A stretch of 61,752 nt of DNA from Phoronis australis (lineage: Eukaryota; Animalia; Phoronida): assembly GCA_002633005.1 (NCBI GenBank), contig NMRA01000984.1, positions 16,867-78,618 on the forward strand, given 5' to 3'. The notes under the pieces were generated by a model. The model saw only the letters and a program-made list of their open reading frames with translations. It made no database searches and had not been told where the DNA came from. How positions within the stretch are numbered: the stretch's first letter is position 1; each line of letters starts with the position of its first letter. The position numbers were made by a program, and so were the translations under genes. This document shows positions 24,942 to 36,300 of this stretch, one piece after another.

Positions 24942-27140
24942 GTAATCACTGGAAATCAAGAATGCCTGCTTTTAAGTTATGAGTATCGCCATCCATTTTC
25001 TTTTCAATGTTTCTAATTTTTATTTTGTTGTGTAAGAGACCAGTGACAGACGCGCTAGTGTACATGTCGCTTAGTTTGTTTATGACTATGACTCATGACT
25101 GAGTATGAGTTATGGCAGTTTATCTTTATCATGTTACTAATGCTGCACTGGCATCCTCAGCTTCTAATCGTCCCCAATACACTATAATACTACAAGGTAT
25201 GACACTCCGGACAAGAAATTCCACGGGTGCTTTGCACTTCAGCTGTCCATAGGAAACACAATCCCCAATAAATTTACACAAAACAGACTTTCAACAAACC
25301 ATGAGGAATTGTTCTTTCTCCCAATTGCCAATACCATTTACAGTGTTCTGTTCCGACGACTTCGTAAGAAATTCGCAGTCAAAGAACAAAAATATTCGAA
25401 AAAAATCCAAACACACAACTGTGACGGCTCGAGGTCAAGGACGGTACGGAAATTGCCGGCTTGTCGCGTAAAGTCACAATGTCGATAACGACGTCCATCT
25501 GTAATTCATCGTTAATTTCCATACATTCCTTGACCTCGAATACAGGCTTTAGAGAACATCGACCTCGGGAAACATTGGAACAGGAAAATATCAGTTCTGG
25601 TTTATATCGGTCCCGGGGCATCGGGTCTTTTATCTGAGTTCATTTTCAAATAAACCAGAGCCAAGCCGGTATACTCTTTCATTTAGGACTGTCGCTGTTC
25701 TCTTTTGATGTGCAGCTTTGAAGTGGTGCGCACACGTGAGTTCACGCACTTGAATCACTGGAGTAGGCCTACACTACAAATGCGACCTGCAGCTCGATAG
25801 TTATGTCGAGCCCTGATGTGTACAGGCGTCCCGAAAGTTGCTGGGGCCGGCAGTATGAACCTTCTGTTCGGAAAATCTATTGAGTCCCCCCCCCCCTTCT
25901 CCACTACCGGTCCTAGTTATATTTCCTCACGACTTGCACTGTTGCTGTTTCATTTTGCTTGCGGCAGGGCCCCCCCTAAATCCGCCTATGCTCACCACCT
26001 GTTAAAAACACAGCTACCCAAACTTGAATAAAACCCAATCTAGGTTCTCATCCCTGATTGCGTGATTGCATGCTGAAAGACTGCCAGCAGCCTCCCGCTA
26101 GCATGCAAGTCAAATGATGGTGAGGATTGCAACAGGTCACCGGGATTGGGAATTTTGGCAGTTTTCGATAACTCGTCCTCTTGCCTTGGCCTATATCATT
26201 CAAACTAATCTTATTTATTTCGTTGATTCAAACAATGTATTAAATTACTGCTAAGTTGAGAGTTGAATGTGGAATGTGAGAATTAGATTGAGGTGTATTT
26301 ATCATTCTTTTTTCAAGTAAAATTGGATCATTTTGTCTCCAAATTTTTTTTGTAGAAATTTTTCAAAAGATTGGCTTTGTCAGCATAAGTAAGCTATAAG
26401 CTGAGTTTCGCCGAGATGTAATTGTTTACGTCATGACGACATTGACCTTGGCGCATAATTTTGGTATTGGATTCTTCGCATCGTTATCATTCTAAAAATG
26501 TATGAAAATGTTTCCTACGCCGTTCCCAAAAGCATTTTATTGTCAAACTTCTGGTGATACAACCATGTTGTATGGAATGAGTCATCTGGCTGTCAAAAAT
26601 TTAACTTATCTACCGACACTCATATTCTGCAGAGCATCAATCTTCATAAGCCTGTAAAAACTGACCGAGACCTGTTGACCACGAGCTACGGTCCCAGGGT
26701 CCGAATTCCTATGGTGGCTCTGGTCCACATCCGCCATCAAGAATCCATGTTTTGAGGTCCGAATTTGTGAAAAGGGCATCACTTCCAAGAATTTCATGGA
26801 AAAGGGGTCAAATGATCGCATTTCTAAAAAATTATGGAAAAGGGTTAAAATCTGCATTGGCAGCTATTTTTGATGATTTTATTACACACATTGTTGATAC
26901 AAAGTGCAGTTTCAGATAACTCAATGAATGCCAAAATTACTCGTGCTCCATTCTTCAACATTAAGATTTGAGAAAGTTCAATTTTGGCTTGAGTTTCAGT
27001 TTTTTAATTTTTAGATACTGTCCCAAGTGGATAATTTTCTCCCGTAATTGCAGCCGGCTAATAATTAAGGCAAAATGCAATCTTAACTTCACTAGTTAGT
27101 TCTGCCTAATCACCATCTTTTGTTTGACAGATAAACAGGT

Positions 27141-30100
27141 ATGACCACCATTAGCGCAGACTTAGATGAGCAAGGTGAGACCACGGTGATCAAGGAAGGT
27201 TGTGCTGAAGTCTACTACCCCAAGCATGTGTTTTATAATCCTGTACAAGAGTTCAATAGAGACCTTACTATTGCTGTCATCAAACAGTTTTCAAAACTGT
27301 TTGAGTCGGAGCAAGAAGCCTTGAAGTTGAAGAAGCAAGCAGCAAAGCGTAATGTCTCGGAGGTTGGCGGCGCTAGCGAAGCTTGTCACACTGAAGATGG
27401 TGGAGAGGGTAAGACACGTGATGGATTGATGATTCTGGAAGGATTGGCTGCTTCTGGTTTACGGTCTGTGCGATTCGGTTTGGAAATCCCTGATGTTTGC
27501 CGAATTACGGCAAATGATTTTGATAAAAGCGCGTATGAACTTATCCAAAGGAATGTCGCCAAGAACAATTTGAGTCACATAGTGCAGCCCAATTATGGTG
27601 ATGCAGCTATGGTCATGCATCAAAATAAAAAAGCATATCATGTGATCGACCTTGACCCTTACGGTAGTCCTGCGCCATTTCTCGATGCTGCCGTTCAGTC
27701 AGTCAAAGATGGCGGTCTATTGTGCATTACTTGCACGGACACAGCTGTTTTATGTGGCAGGGCCAGCGAAACGTGCATGGCAAAATACGGTGCTGTGTCG
27801 ATGAGTGCGAAATTTTGTCACGAGATGGCGCTGCGTATCACGTTGCACTGTATACAGTCACACGCCAGTCGATACTCTCGCTACATCGTTCCGTTGATTT
27901 CCATAAGTGCTGATTTTTATGTTCGTGTGTTTGTCCGTGTGTTCACCGGTCAGTCTAAAGTCAAGGACGTGGTCAGTAAGCTAGCCATGGTCTACCACTG
28001 TACCAGTTGTGGTAGCTATCACTTGCAGGCCCTTGGCACAAGGACACCAACCAAGGGAAATAACTTCAAATACGGCAATGCTCAAGGGCCGAGTGTACCA
28101 ACAAAATGTGGCGAGTGTAACGGCACGTTCCACTTGGGGGGACCAATTTGGAAGGACCGTCTACATGACATGGAGTTTGTCCAGAGTGTTGTGGACGCTG
28201 TTAATGAGAACAAGGAAAAGTTCCAGACATCGAATCGTATCATTGGAGTGTTGAATGTTATTATGGAGGAGTTGGAAGATGTGCCGCTGTATTACGTTAC
28301 AGACCAGCTTTGTGGAACATTGCACTGTACCTCGCCGAACATGTTGCAGATAAGGTCAGGTGATCGTAGTGTTGGCTAATGTCACGTGGATTGGTCAATG
28401 TTCACTAGGTGGTGTTAGCAGTGAATCGTTCTTCTTAATGTTTTTCCGATTACTCAGAGTTCTTGGTCAGCATTGGGGTGTTTGTAGGCTAAGGGTTCCT
28501 CATGACCATCTTAATAGGTTGTTTCACTACTGCCACCTGGGGAATTTTGAGCTCTTCATTTGAATAATGATCTGTTAGACAAATGTTGTGTATTCGAATC
28601 AAGCGGTTAATTTGAACTAAACATTCTGCCTCCTCTAGCATAATTCTTAACTTTCCAGAGTGTGTTATGTGATGTTTAATCAATGGTTTCTTCATCTGGA
28701 ATTATTTTGTGACTAAATCAATGTGTCACAGCCAGCAAATTATGTTTGAGACTGAACCTTCATCTAGCGAGTGTTCAAGGCATGCAAATGCGCATCCTGA
28801 CTCAAATTTAGACACCTTAGGATGCCCTTTTCTGCATTTGGACGCCCAAGTAAAGTAAGCAAAGGACAGCGTGGATGTCTCTTAACTCGTTGGTAGCTCG
28901 CTCTGGGAGCTAATTGGCTTATCCAGAATGAAAAAGTTGGTTTGGAAATGATGTAAGAAACAAAGAATTTTATTGCGGAGCCTTGTCTCCTTCATATCAT
29001 ACCACACTAGTTCAGGGTTTCAAACTCGAGCGTACACAATGCTTTGCTGAACTGTTGGATTTTGCTCAAAACCTTAAGCTTGTTGCAGGATTTGGTGCTT
29101 GGCGTAACCTCAACTCACCAAATAGGACCTGGCAAAATTCCAAGGTCACCAAGCTGTAAAAAAGCTCAGCAGAACAAGGAAACCAATATTTTGGATTCGA
29201 AAGTCGTCGACCCTACTAACTGTGCATAGCAACCATTGAAACTAAATGTTGTATCAGTGTCATTTAGTGATGTCAGAGATGACAACTCGGCACAACACTA
29301 AAAAAGCGATATTTGAGTTGAAGAACCGGTGAACTGAGCAATGCTTGGAAGTTTCCTCTTGTAAGAGGATTTCCTGTTTTTTGGTTTCGATTTCCTCATA
29401 TTTTGTTTCCAGTTTCCTCTCATCCGGTCACTTTTTTACAGTCTAATTTTTTTGTGGAACAACACATCAACTGGAAAAATTTCCTCTGTTTTTCCAAGCC
29501 CTGTCTGAACAAATGTTCGCTGCCATTCCCAAGATTGCTATGGTTACCTTTTAGGCAAATGTGGTCAGTAATAGCTAATTTCCCGTTGAGGGCCAAATAT
29601 CCCACACAGGCTCACAATCAAGACACGTCTGTGCACGAGCCTTGAGTGGGCCCTTCCGGTTTTCACCGAACTATTCAGACTCCTGTCTGTTTACTTCCGG
29701 CAGCATTTGACTGCTTAGGATTTTTACCAGTTAGCCAAACAAAATCTATGGTCTCCCTGTAATGACGATCTCTCGTGTCTCCTCCATTTAGGTCTGCCAT
29801 TCTACACGCTGGATACCAAGTATCCTTGTCACATTGCATCAAGAACTCCATCAAGACTACAGCACCACCTAGTGTTGTCTGGGTAATATATACAACTGAT
29901 AAGAATGTTTACAATGCTCTGTTGTGTTTCTGGAGATTACCTAATGCCTGAGATAATATTAACATGGGTGGCGCAGCACAGAAAAAAGTGGGGGGCTAAA
30001 GCCCCTTCATCCCCCTGTGGTGCACCACCTATAGACTATGTGCGGCGTAGCACTGAAAAAAGTGTGGGGCTATAGCCCCCCAGCCCCCTATGGTGCGCCG

Positions 30101-32278
30101 CCCATGATTAAAGGTACAATAGACTGCATAGTATCCTGCTATGTTATTCATTCTGTTTTCACTAGTATGCAGTCTCTATGTAATGTGCTATTAGGTGTTA
30201 TTAGTAGGACATTAAAGGGCAAGAAAGGTGATTTTTGAACAGTGTGGAATCGAGCCTGGAACACTGTTGTGGAAGTTAAACATTCTGCTGGCATAGTTAA
30301 ATCCCACTCTGTTAGTTTGTGCCATCACCTGACTCAATATCAGCGAATGTCTGCCAGGCAATGGCAAGGATTGATGTTTTGTAATGAAATCACAGAAATA
30401 AAAGATTTTGTTGTATCACAGCTCTGGTCGAAGCTAATACTGTCAAGAAGTCTGTGCCTTTCACGAATTTCTTGAAAATATGTTATACATTATTTCGTAA
30501 AACTGATACATTTCTTTAATGGTGAATTAATTTGGAGTGGTTTATCTCTACGCTGCAAGTGAAAAGTGCACAATGCCAGATGCAGCATCTTAACTATTCA
30601 GGAGTTACCGGTCCAAAATTTATCTGTGACAATATTCAGTCTGTTCCGCAACAAGCTCACTAATCTTAGTATGATTAGAATTTGGCGTGTGTGATGTGCA
30701 TACTTTCGATATCTTGGTGGGCACTGAAGATATGTGATGATTTACTGTTTGTTTGGGATATTGTGCAGTGGTGTTATATGATATGACGTAAACTAGTGAT
30801 ATGTGGTGATATAGTGTGAACTTCGAATATCATGCAGTGTTATGATGTGTTCTTAGTTATCATATTGTGAACTATTGATATCATGTGGTGGTATAGTGTG
30901 TACTTGAGATATCATGTGGTGTTATGCTGTGTTTCAGGATATCATGCGGTGTTGGGTCAAGAAAAACCCTATCAGTGATAAACACAAGAAGGATGGTACT
31001 CCGGTCAAGGCGATACTGGATAAACCAGCACAGATCGAGGCGTGCTTTGACATTCGACAGGATGCCAATCCCAAATCAAGACAACAAGGCTTGCTGAGGT
31101 AGGTTTAAGGCTTGCTGAGGTAGGTTTCATGGATATTTTTGAGCATTGTACAATGACTGTTTAACAGGTGCCGAAATGGGTGAATTATTTACCAACTACC
31201 TTTCATCATTTTACAGAGCAATTTTACCGAGGTTCAAGCTTGGGCTTGAGATTTTTGAAAAAGTGATTGACCCAGCAAGTATATCCAGGCCTAAGCAAAT
31301 TTAGTTAGTAAGTGCTAATGTTGGGCCTTCTGGATATTGCAACGAGCAAAATAGTGTCAGTGTTGAACTTATAAAATACAACTTAATTTATTGCCAACAG
31401 GTGGCAGCCCAACCCAGAGCCAGAGTGGGGGCCCAAGAGCAAGGCATCGCGCTCATTAGCGAAAGAATCACAGCAGGATAAGAGGCTGAGGCTTCAAAAT
31501 AAGAGGAAGAATGAACAACCTAGTGCCGTAAGTTGGGTAAAGGATTGACACAAATTAGGGAATTAGAGCCCTCTATTCTTGATTTTGGGATGGAATATCA
31601 GAGGCCCCATTCTACAGAGACAAATATTTAAAAATTACGCAAAATTCTCCTCACGAGACCTGAAAATTCCCATCCAATGATTTCAGAATTTTCCTCAAGG
31701 TTAGAATCTTTTCTGCGGAACGTTAATGGTTACTTGAGACTGCGTGTGGCGTGTAGCGACCAGGGTATAGAATTGNTTCTCAGAAGGCACAGACAACTTT
31801 CCCCTGAGGTGATAGAGGGGCTTGCAAGTTTCCTAGTTGGGTCAAGTTATCATTTTTCTGTGACCAATTTTCAAACATTTGAACATTCGAAATACAAGTC
31901 CTTCGACCTGAACCCACCTTAATATAGTGTAACGGGGTAGCTATCTTTCTGCGATGAATGTCGTGTGACTGGGCACGTTTTTGAGCTGTTGCTTATGGAA
32001 CAAAACTGTCGAAATGGACCTGCGTATTACAAGAATGTGTTTTAACGTAGGCTTTGTTTGCTGTGACAGTAACTTCTTTGGCCCATTGTACAATCTGTTA
32101 ATTTGTTTACATCTATTTCTAGGCTGACAAAAGGCAGTTCGAATGCAAGAAGTTCAAACAAGGCCAGTGTGACCGTGGGGATGAGTGTTGCTATATGCAT
32201 ACAATTGATGGAGAGCAGACAAATGATGGAGAGCAGACAAATGATGGAGAGCAGATGAAGAAATGTAGTGAGAACTGA
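27141..32278 (+). CDS. TRMT1: tRNA (guanine(26)-N2)-dimethyltransferase, 5 coding exons, 582 aa, with C-terminal CCCH zinc finger
   Basis: Exons 27141-28354, 29792-29882, 30938-31098, 31401-31527 and 32123-32278 (phases 2,0,2,0). Trm1 motifs present: [76 protein letters not shown]. The C-terminus has a C-x7-C-x5-C-x3-H finger ([19 protein letters not shown]). Confidence 0.96.
29963..30106. mobile_element. Dimeric mini-MITE with 5-bp TSD (ATTAA)
   Basis: Termini CATGGGTGGCGCA and TGCGCCGCCCATG, two units of about 70 bp, and ATTAA at 29958-29962 and 30107-30111. Confidence 0.7.
30708..30953 (+). repeat. Degenerate tandem array of about 30 bp running into a TRMT1 exon acceptor
   Basis: GATATCATGTGGTGTTATG-like units at about 30708, 30757, 30798, 30826, 30877 and 30908. 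The last unit (30938) is the start of the exon. Confidence 0.7.
31086..31127 (+). repeat. Exact 21-bp tandem duplication of a TRMT1 splice donor
   Basis: AAGGCTTGCTGAGGTAGGTTT occurs twice. Confidence 0.95.
32206..32255 (+). repeat. 18-bp coding tandem repeat (DGEQTN, about 2.7 copies) at the TRMT1 C-terminus
   Basis: GATGGAGAGCAGACAAAT units, in frame. Confidence 0.9.
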
Positions 32279-33135
32279 TAGGTGGCACTTTGAACTCTTG
32301 TTGAGGCTTCTAAGAACGTCAACCTTTTGGGATTGCAGGAACTCCTATGTTCAAGCCGCGTAGGGGAGAAAATTTTGTCAAGTGTTGGTTGTGTGTTATG
32401 GCCAACAGGTGGTGCTTATGAAGTACCTATTCTTTTAATGACTAGTAAAGAGCCTGACAAGGTTACTGAAGCAATTGTTAAGTTTTGCTTGTTGCATGAC
32501 AATGCATTGTTAAACAATTATGGGGATTTCATCTACAGCGCTGCGGTCATTTTTCAAAAGCATTGTGGGATGTTTGTCAGCTCGCAAGCATCGTATGACA
32601 TCACAGTTTGCTTGTGGACATGCAATCCGATTTATTTTGTTTTTGGATGGTGAGATTCAACTTCAGTGTCATCGCACTGCCCATGCCTTTAGAATCTCTT
32701 GTGCAAGATTTGCCAGTCTATCAGTGCATTTTGAGGTTGGCTTTCAATCTTTCATTTTTCGATGACGGTTGCTTTGTTGTATTCACACCGAACAGCATGT
32801 TGCAGTTAACCAGTGGTTTCAATTCTGGTGGAATATTATGTAGACGTCTTGTCGCCTAATGTTTGCGAACCTACAATTATCTGGTATGATGGGAAAGTGG
32901 AATACGTTTTTAAATACTCAATTTTTGCCAAAATGAGCATCAAAAACTTTCCACTTGAATTGTAGCAGTTTGTGCTTTAACTTATACACACCTCGTAAAT
33001 TTTTCATTACTTTTGCGCGGGTAGTCAGTCTATGAAAAACTGACCGAGAAAGGGACAACTTTAAAATTATTTTCAGCAAAATGTCTCGAGACTAAACCAT
33101 GTTTTTGTAATGTTGACACAACCAATGTTTTAAGA

Positions 33136-33141
33136 AATAAA
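33136..33141 (+). terminator. Probable TRMT1 polyadenylation signal
   Basis: AATAAA about 860 nt after the TRMT1 stop, following a U/G-rich UTR-like stretch and just before the convergent IQCH stop at 33379. Confidence 0.4.
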
Positions 33142-33378
33142 ACACTTAACATTTACATTATTAAAGATATATTTACACAAAGGCATAAGACACAGGACGA
33201 GTTGTACAAATTATATCGTAAAGTAAAGGAATGTTAAAAAAATTAAAAAAAATTAAAGCCTTAAGAATGACATCACATGTATAAGGGTCACATTTAGGAC
33301 AACTACATGGTAGTGCACATGACACTGTTCAAACACACTCTACTGTAAAGTTATAGAGTATCCAACTAGCCGTCCATT

Positions 33379-36300
33379 CTAATGGTCAACTTGCTCCTCA
33401 GTTTCCAGCTCTTGCTCTTCGGCGTTCTGAATGGTAGTACCCAGAATTCCTTCGATGTCTTGAATCACCAGCTGCAAAAATGAAGAAAAGTACATTGCAG
33501 TAATGAGCATGGTGGCGGTGGGGTTATAGTGGCGGTGGGGTTATCGTGTGATGAGAACGTATTTGTATCAGTTATCACTGAGAAGAGTTTCTGAGTAGCC
33601 CCTATTTGGTGAAAGACTGCGTGGACCTATATTTAGGCGTATATGATAATTGTTTTGGGGCCAGGATTATAATTTTATAGATTCCCAGAATGAACTGTGT
33701 AGTATTTAGAATTTGGAAGCTATGTGCGATTCAGGCAGTTTTGTAACATCACGCTTGGGATAAAGTTTGTGACGGAGGCGTCACCGTGGTTATAAAATAC
33801 ACAGGTGGTCAAAGTGATTAGCCGTCTATAACATTTTTATCAAATTTTGGCCTCAGTAAACGAAACCAAAGGCGGCTCAACAGACCTTGAAGTTGGTCTT
33901 TCCTTGCATATTAGGTGCCGAGATCTCCTGGTGGATCACGGACAGATTTCTGGCGAATCCCGCTAGCGCTCCCTGAAGGTTATCGCTGATGGTTCTGAAA
34001 TGCCATGTCAACTTACAATATTACCTCGACTACATGTTGAAGGCGCCTCATTTAACCAGGGGCTGGGATCGACTCTTTTTACTCGAAATGGATCTCGTTT
34101 TTTAATATTTTCCCCTTCCACTTTAGTATGAACTCAAAGTTAGTGTTTAGTAATCTGTACTCGAGTATGCCTTGGTTTACACGAATGAGTGTGAAATCCT
34201 GTTTTATACTTGATGACCCCAGCATTAAAGCATTAAGTTTAAGTCTCAACTTGGAGTTTCGAGTTTTCACTCTTAAGTCCAGAGTTTTTATTAGAGATGG
34301 CAGCTCGAATCAGATGCGAATATGGACTGCAGAGTGGTTTGCGTAATCCATAATATACTCAAGCACAGAGCAATAGATAATCATCTTAAAATTGTATTAA
34401 GGGAAAATAATAAATGCCAATCAAAATGTATTTTCGATTTCGAGTAAGACGATTAGATCCCTGACCCAGATCATGTTTCTTAGTCAAGATAAAGACAAAC
34501 TATTACAACACTTTCAAATATCGTCACCTACAACAGAATAATGAGTTGTACTCAAAATGGGTATCCAATATTCCCTAAGAATTTGCGATCCTTTGTAATT
34601 TTGAAACTGTTGTAATAAATAATATCTTTTTTTTCAAAAGCTACTCAAATGTATCTAAAATGTCTTAACAAAATGGCTGTACTTGACAATTGCCAACTAA
34701 TTCCTCTTGCATAACCTTTATCAACAAAGGAAGGGTTTGAGTCAGAAAAAGTGTACGCTAAGTGCCGCTTCACTGCATCCATCAAAAAACACCATTGCTA
34801 AAGGAACTTAAAGCAATTTTCGTCAACATCCGAAAATGCTAGAAACATCACAGGACTGCTGATGGTCACATCTCAACATTTCCCCCAACCCTCCACCACT
34901 AAAGCTATGCTTATTGCTCCCTGGCTGCCTCAGGCATCTACTTACAACATTCCAATATTTTCTCGTTTGCCACTATCTATCAAAGTGAAGATCGAGCCTT
35001 GTTTTTCCTGAAATATCAATACTTCTCTGTTACATACACTGAAGATGATTGGGTATAATAGAATACTGATGATTCCTTGCAAAACATTTGTTACATTCAC
35101 ACTTGGGTCTCCTCACAGCAGCCATCTTGAGATTAAAACTATTGACCACTAGGGGGAGCCATAACAATCCAACAGGGTAGAGTTAGTAACGCTAGGAGCT
35201 CACTAAAAGGCAAGACTGCGAGTTTATGCCAGACAATGCTGAGTATTTTTAAACGAGAAGACATGATTTTTGCTAGATTTTAGCAAGGTTCTAGCATTAC
35301 TGAATTCTTGGCTTTGTTCTTACACATTCCAACTTGATGGACTTGTCTTGATCATGATAAAAAGTAGGTACTAAATATGATGATTTTAATATCTTCAACT
35401 AATCCTTGGTTAAGTTATACTTCATAAAATGGCCACAAACCCAACTTCCATTGCAAAACCAACACGTGATTTGGACCAGCAGTTATGAAATTGGTCTCAA
35501 CTAGTTCCTTAGTCAGGTTTGAGGTGACTTCAAAAGAACTGGTGGTTTGTTATTGGTCAAGATGAGACGCTTGAAACTGGCTCGTCATTTTGTGCGTTTA
35601 GCATTGTCTGTTCTTTGCAAATCCAGAAATCATGTCTCGTCTTCAGTAAGGAACAAATGGAGACCAAATTTACAATGGCAAGTCGCCTCAATCAAAAGTT
35701 TGCATCTTGGGTTTATATTATAAGGCATACGCTTGTTGATTTTCAACATTCAAAATACCAAACTTTTGAATTTAGTTAAGACCTATCAGAGGTGGATCTA
35801 CAGGGGGGGGGGTTCAGGGGGTTCAAACCTCCCCCTCGGCACAAGATCAAAAATAAAAATTGAAAAAAATTCACCAGAAAAACGAAATCAGCTACTAAAA
35901 ACCACAAGAAAAATCTTACACGGGAGGGGGGAGAACCCCCTCCCGACCTTCCTTCCCCTCGGTGCTACGCGCCTCTGATTCGCTCGAATCCTAAACCCCC
36001 CTTACTGAAAAGGTAGATCTGCCACTGCCTGTCTTGACTTGTCCCATATCAAACTGCAAACTCAGTGGTTTGCAGGCTTCAAAAAAGTTATTGCTGAGGA
36101 ATGAACTCAGTATGTCCAGCTTAAGCCTTGCTTGCCACCTTTATCCATCGAATGGAAATGGCTATGATTGTAGGTTAGGAATTCAAATAGACTGGTTCCC
36201 AACTCAAACAGTATGTGGAGCCACTGGAAGCAGACGTTTTTCGACATTCACGGGGGATGCGAGACGCAAACTGGCAATCACATTGGAGAGAGGCGTCGCA

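Noticed and set aside
25379-25621. 80-aa ORF in a CpG-rich stretch of the TRMT1 5' intron
   Set aside because: No recognisable domain or splice support. It is probably transposon interior, as a MITE end lies at about 25990.
28355-28379. TRMT1 as a single-exon 412-aa gene ending SGDRSVG
   Set aside because: This is read-through into the intron. The conserved C-terminus is in four downstream exons.
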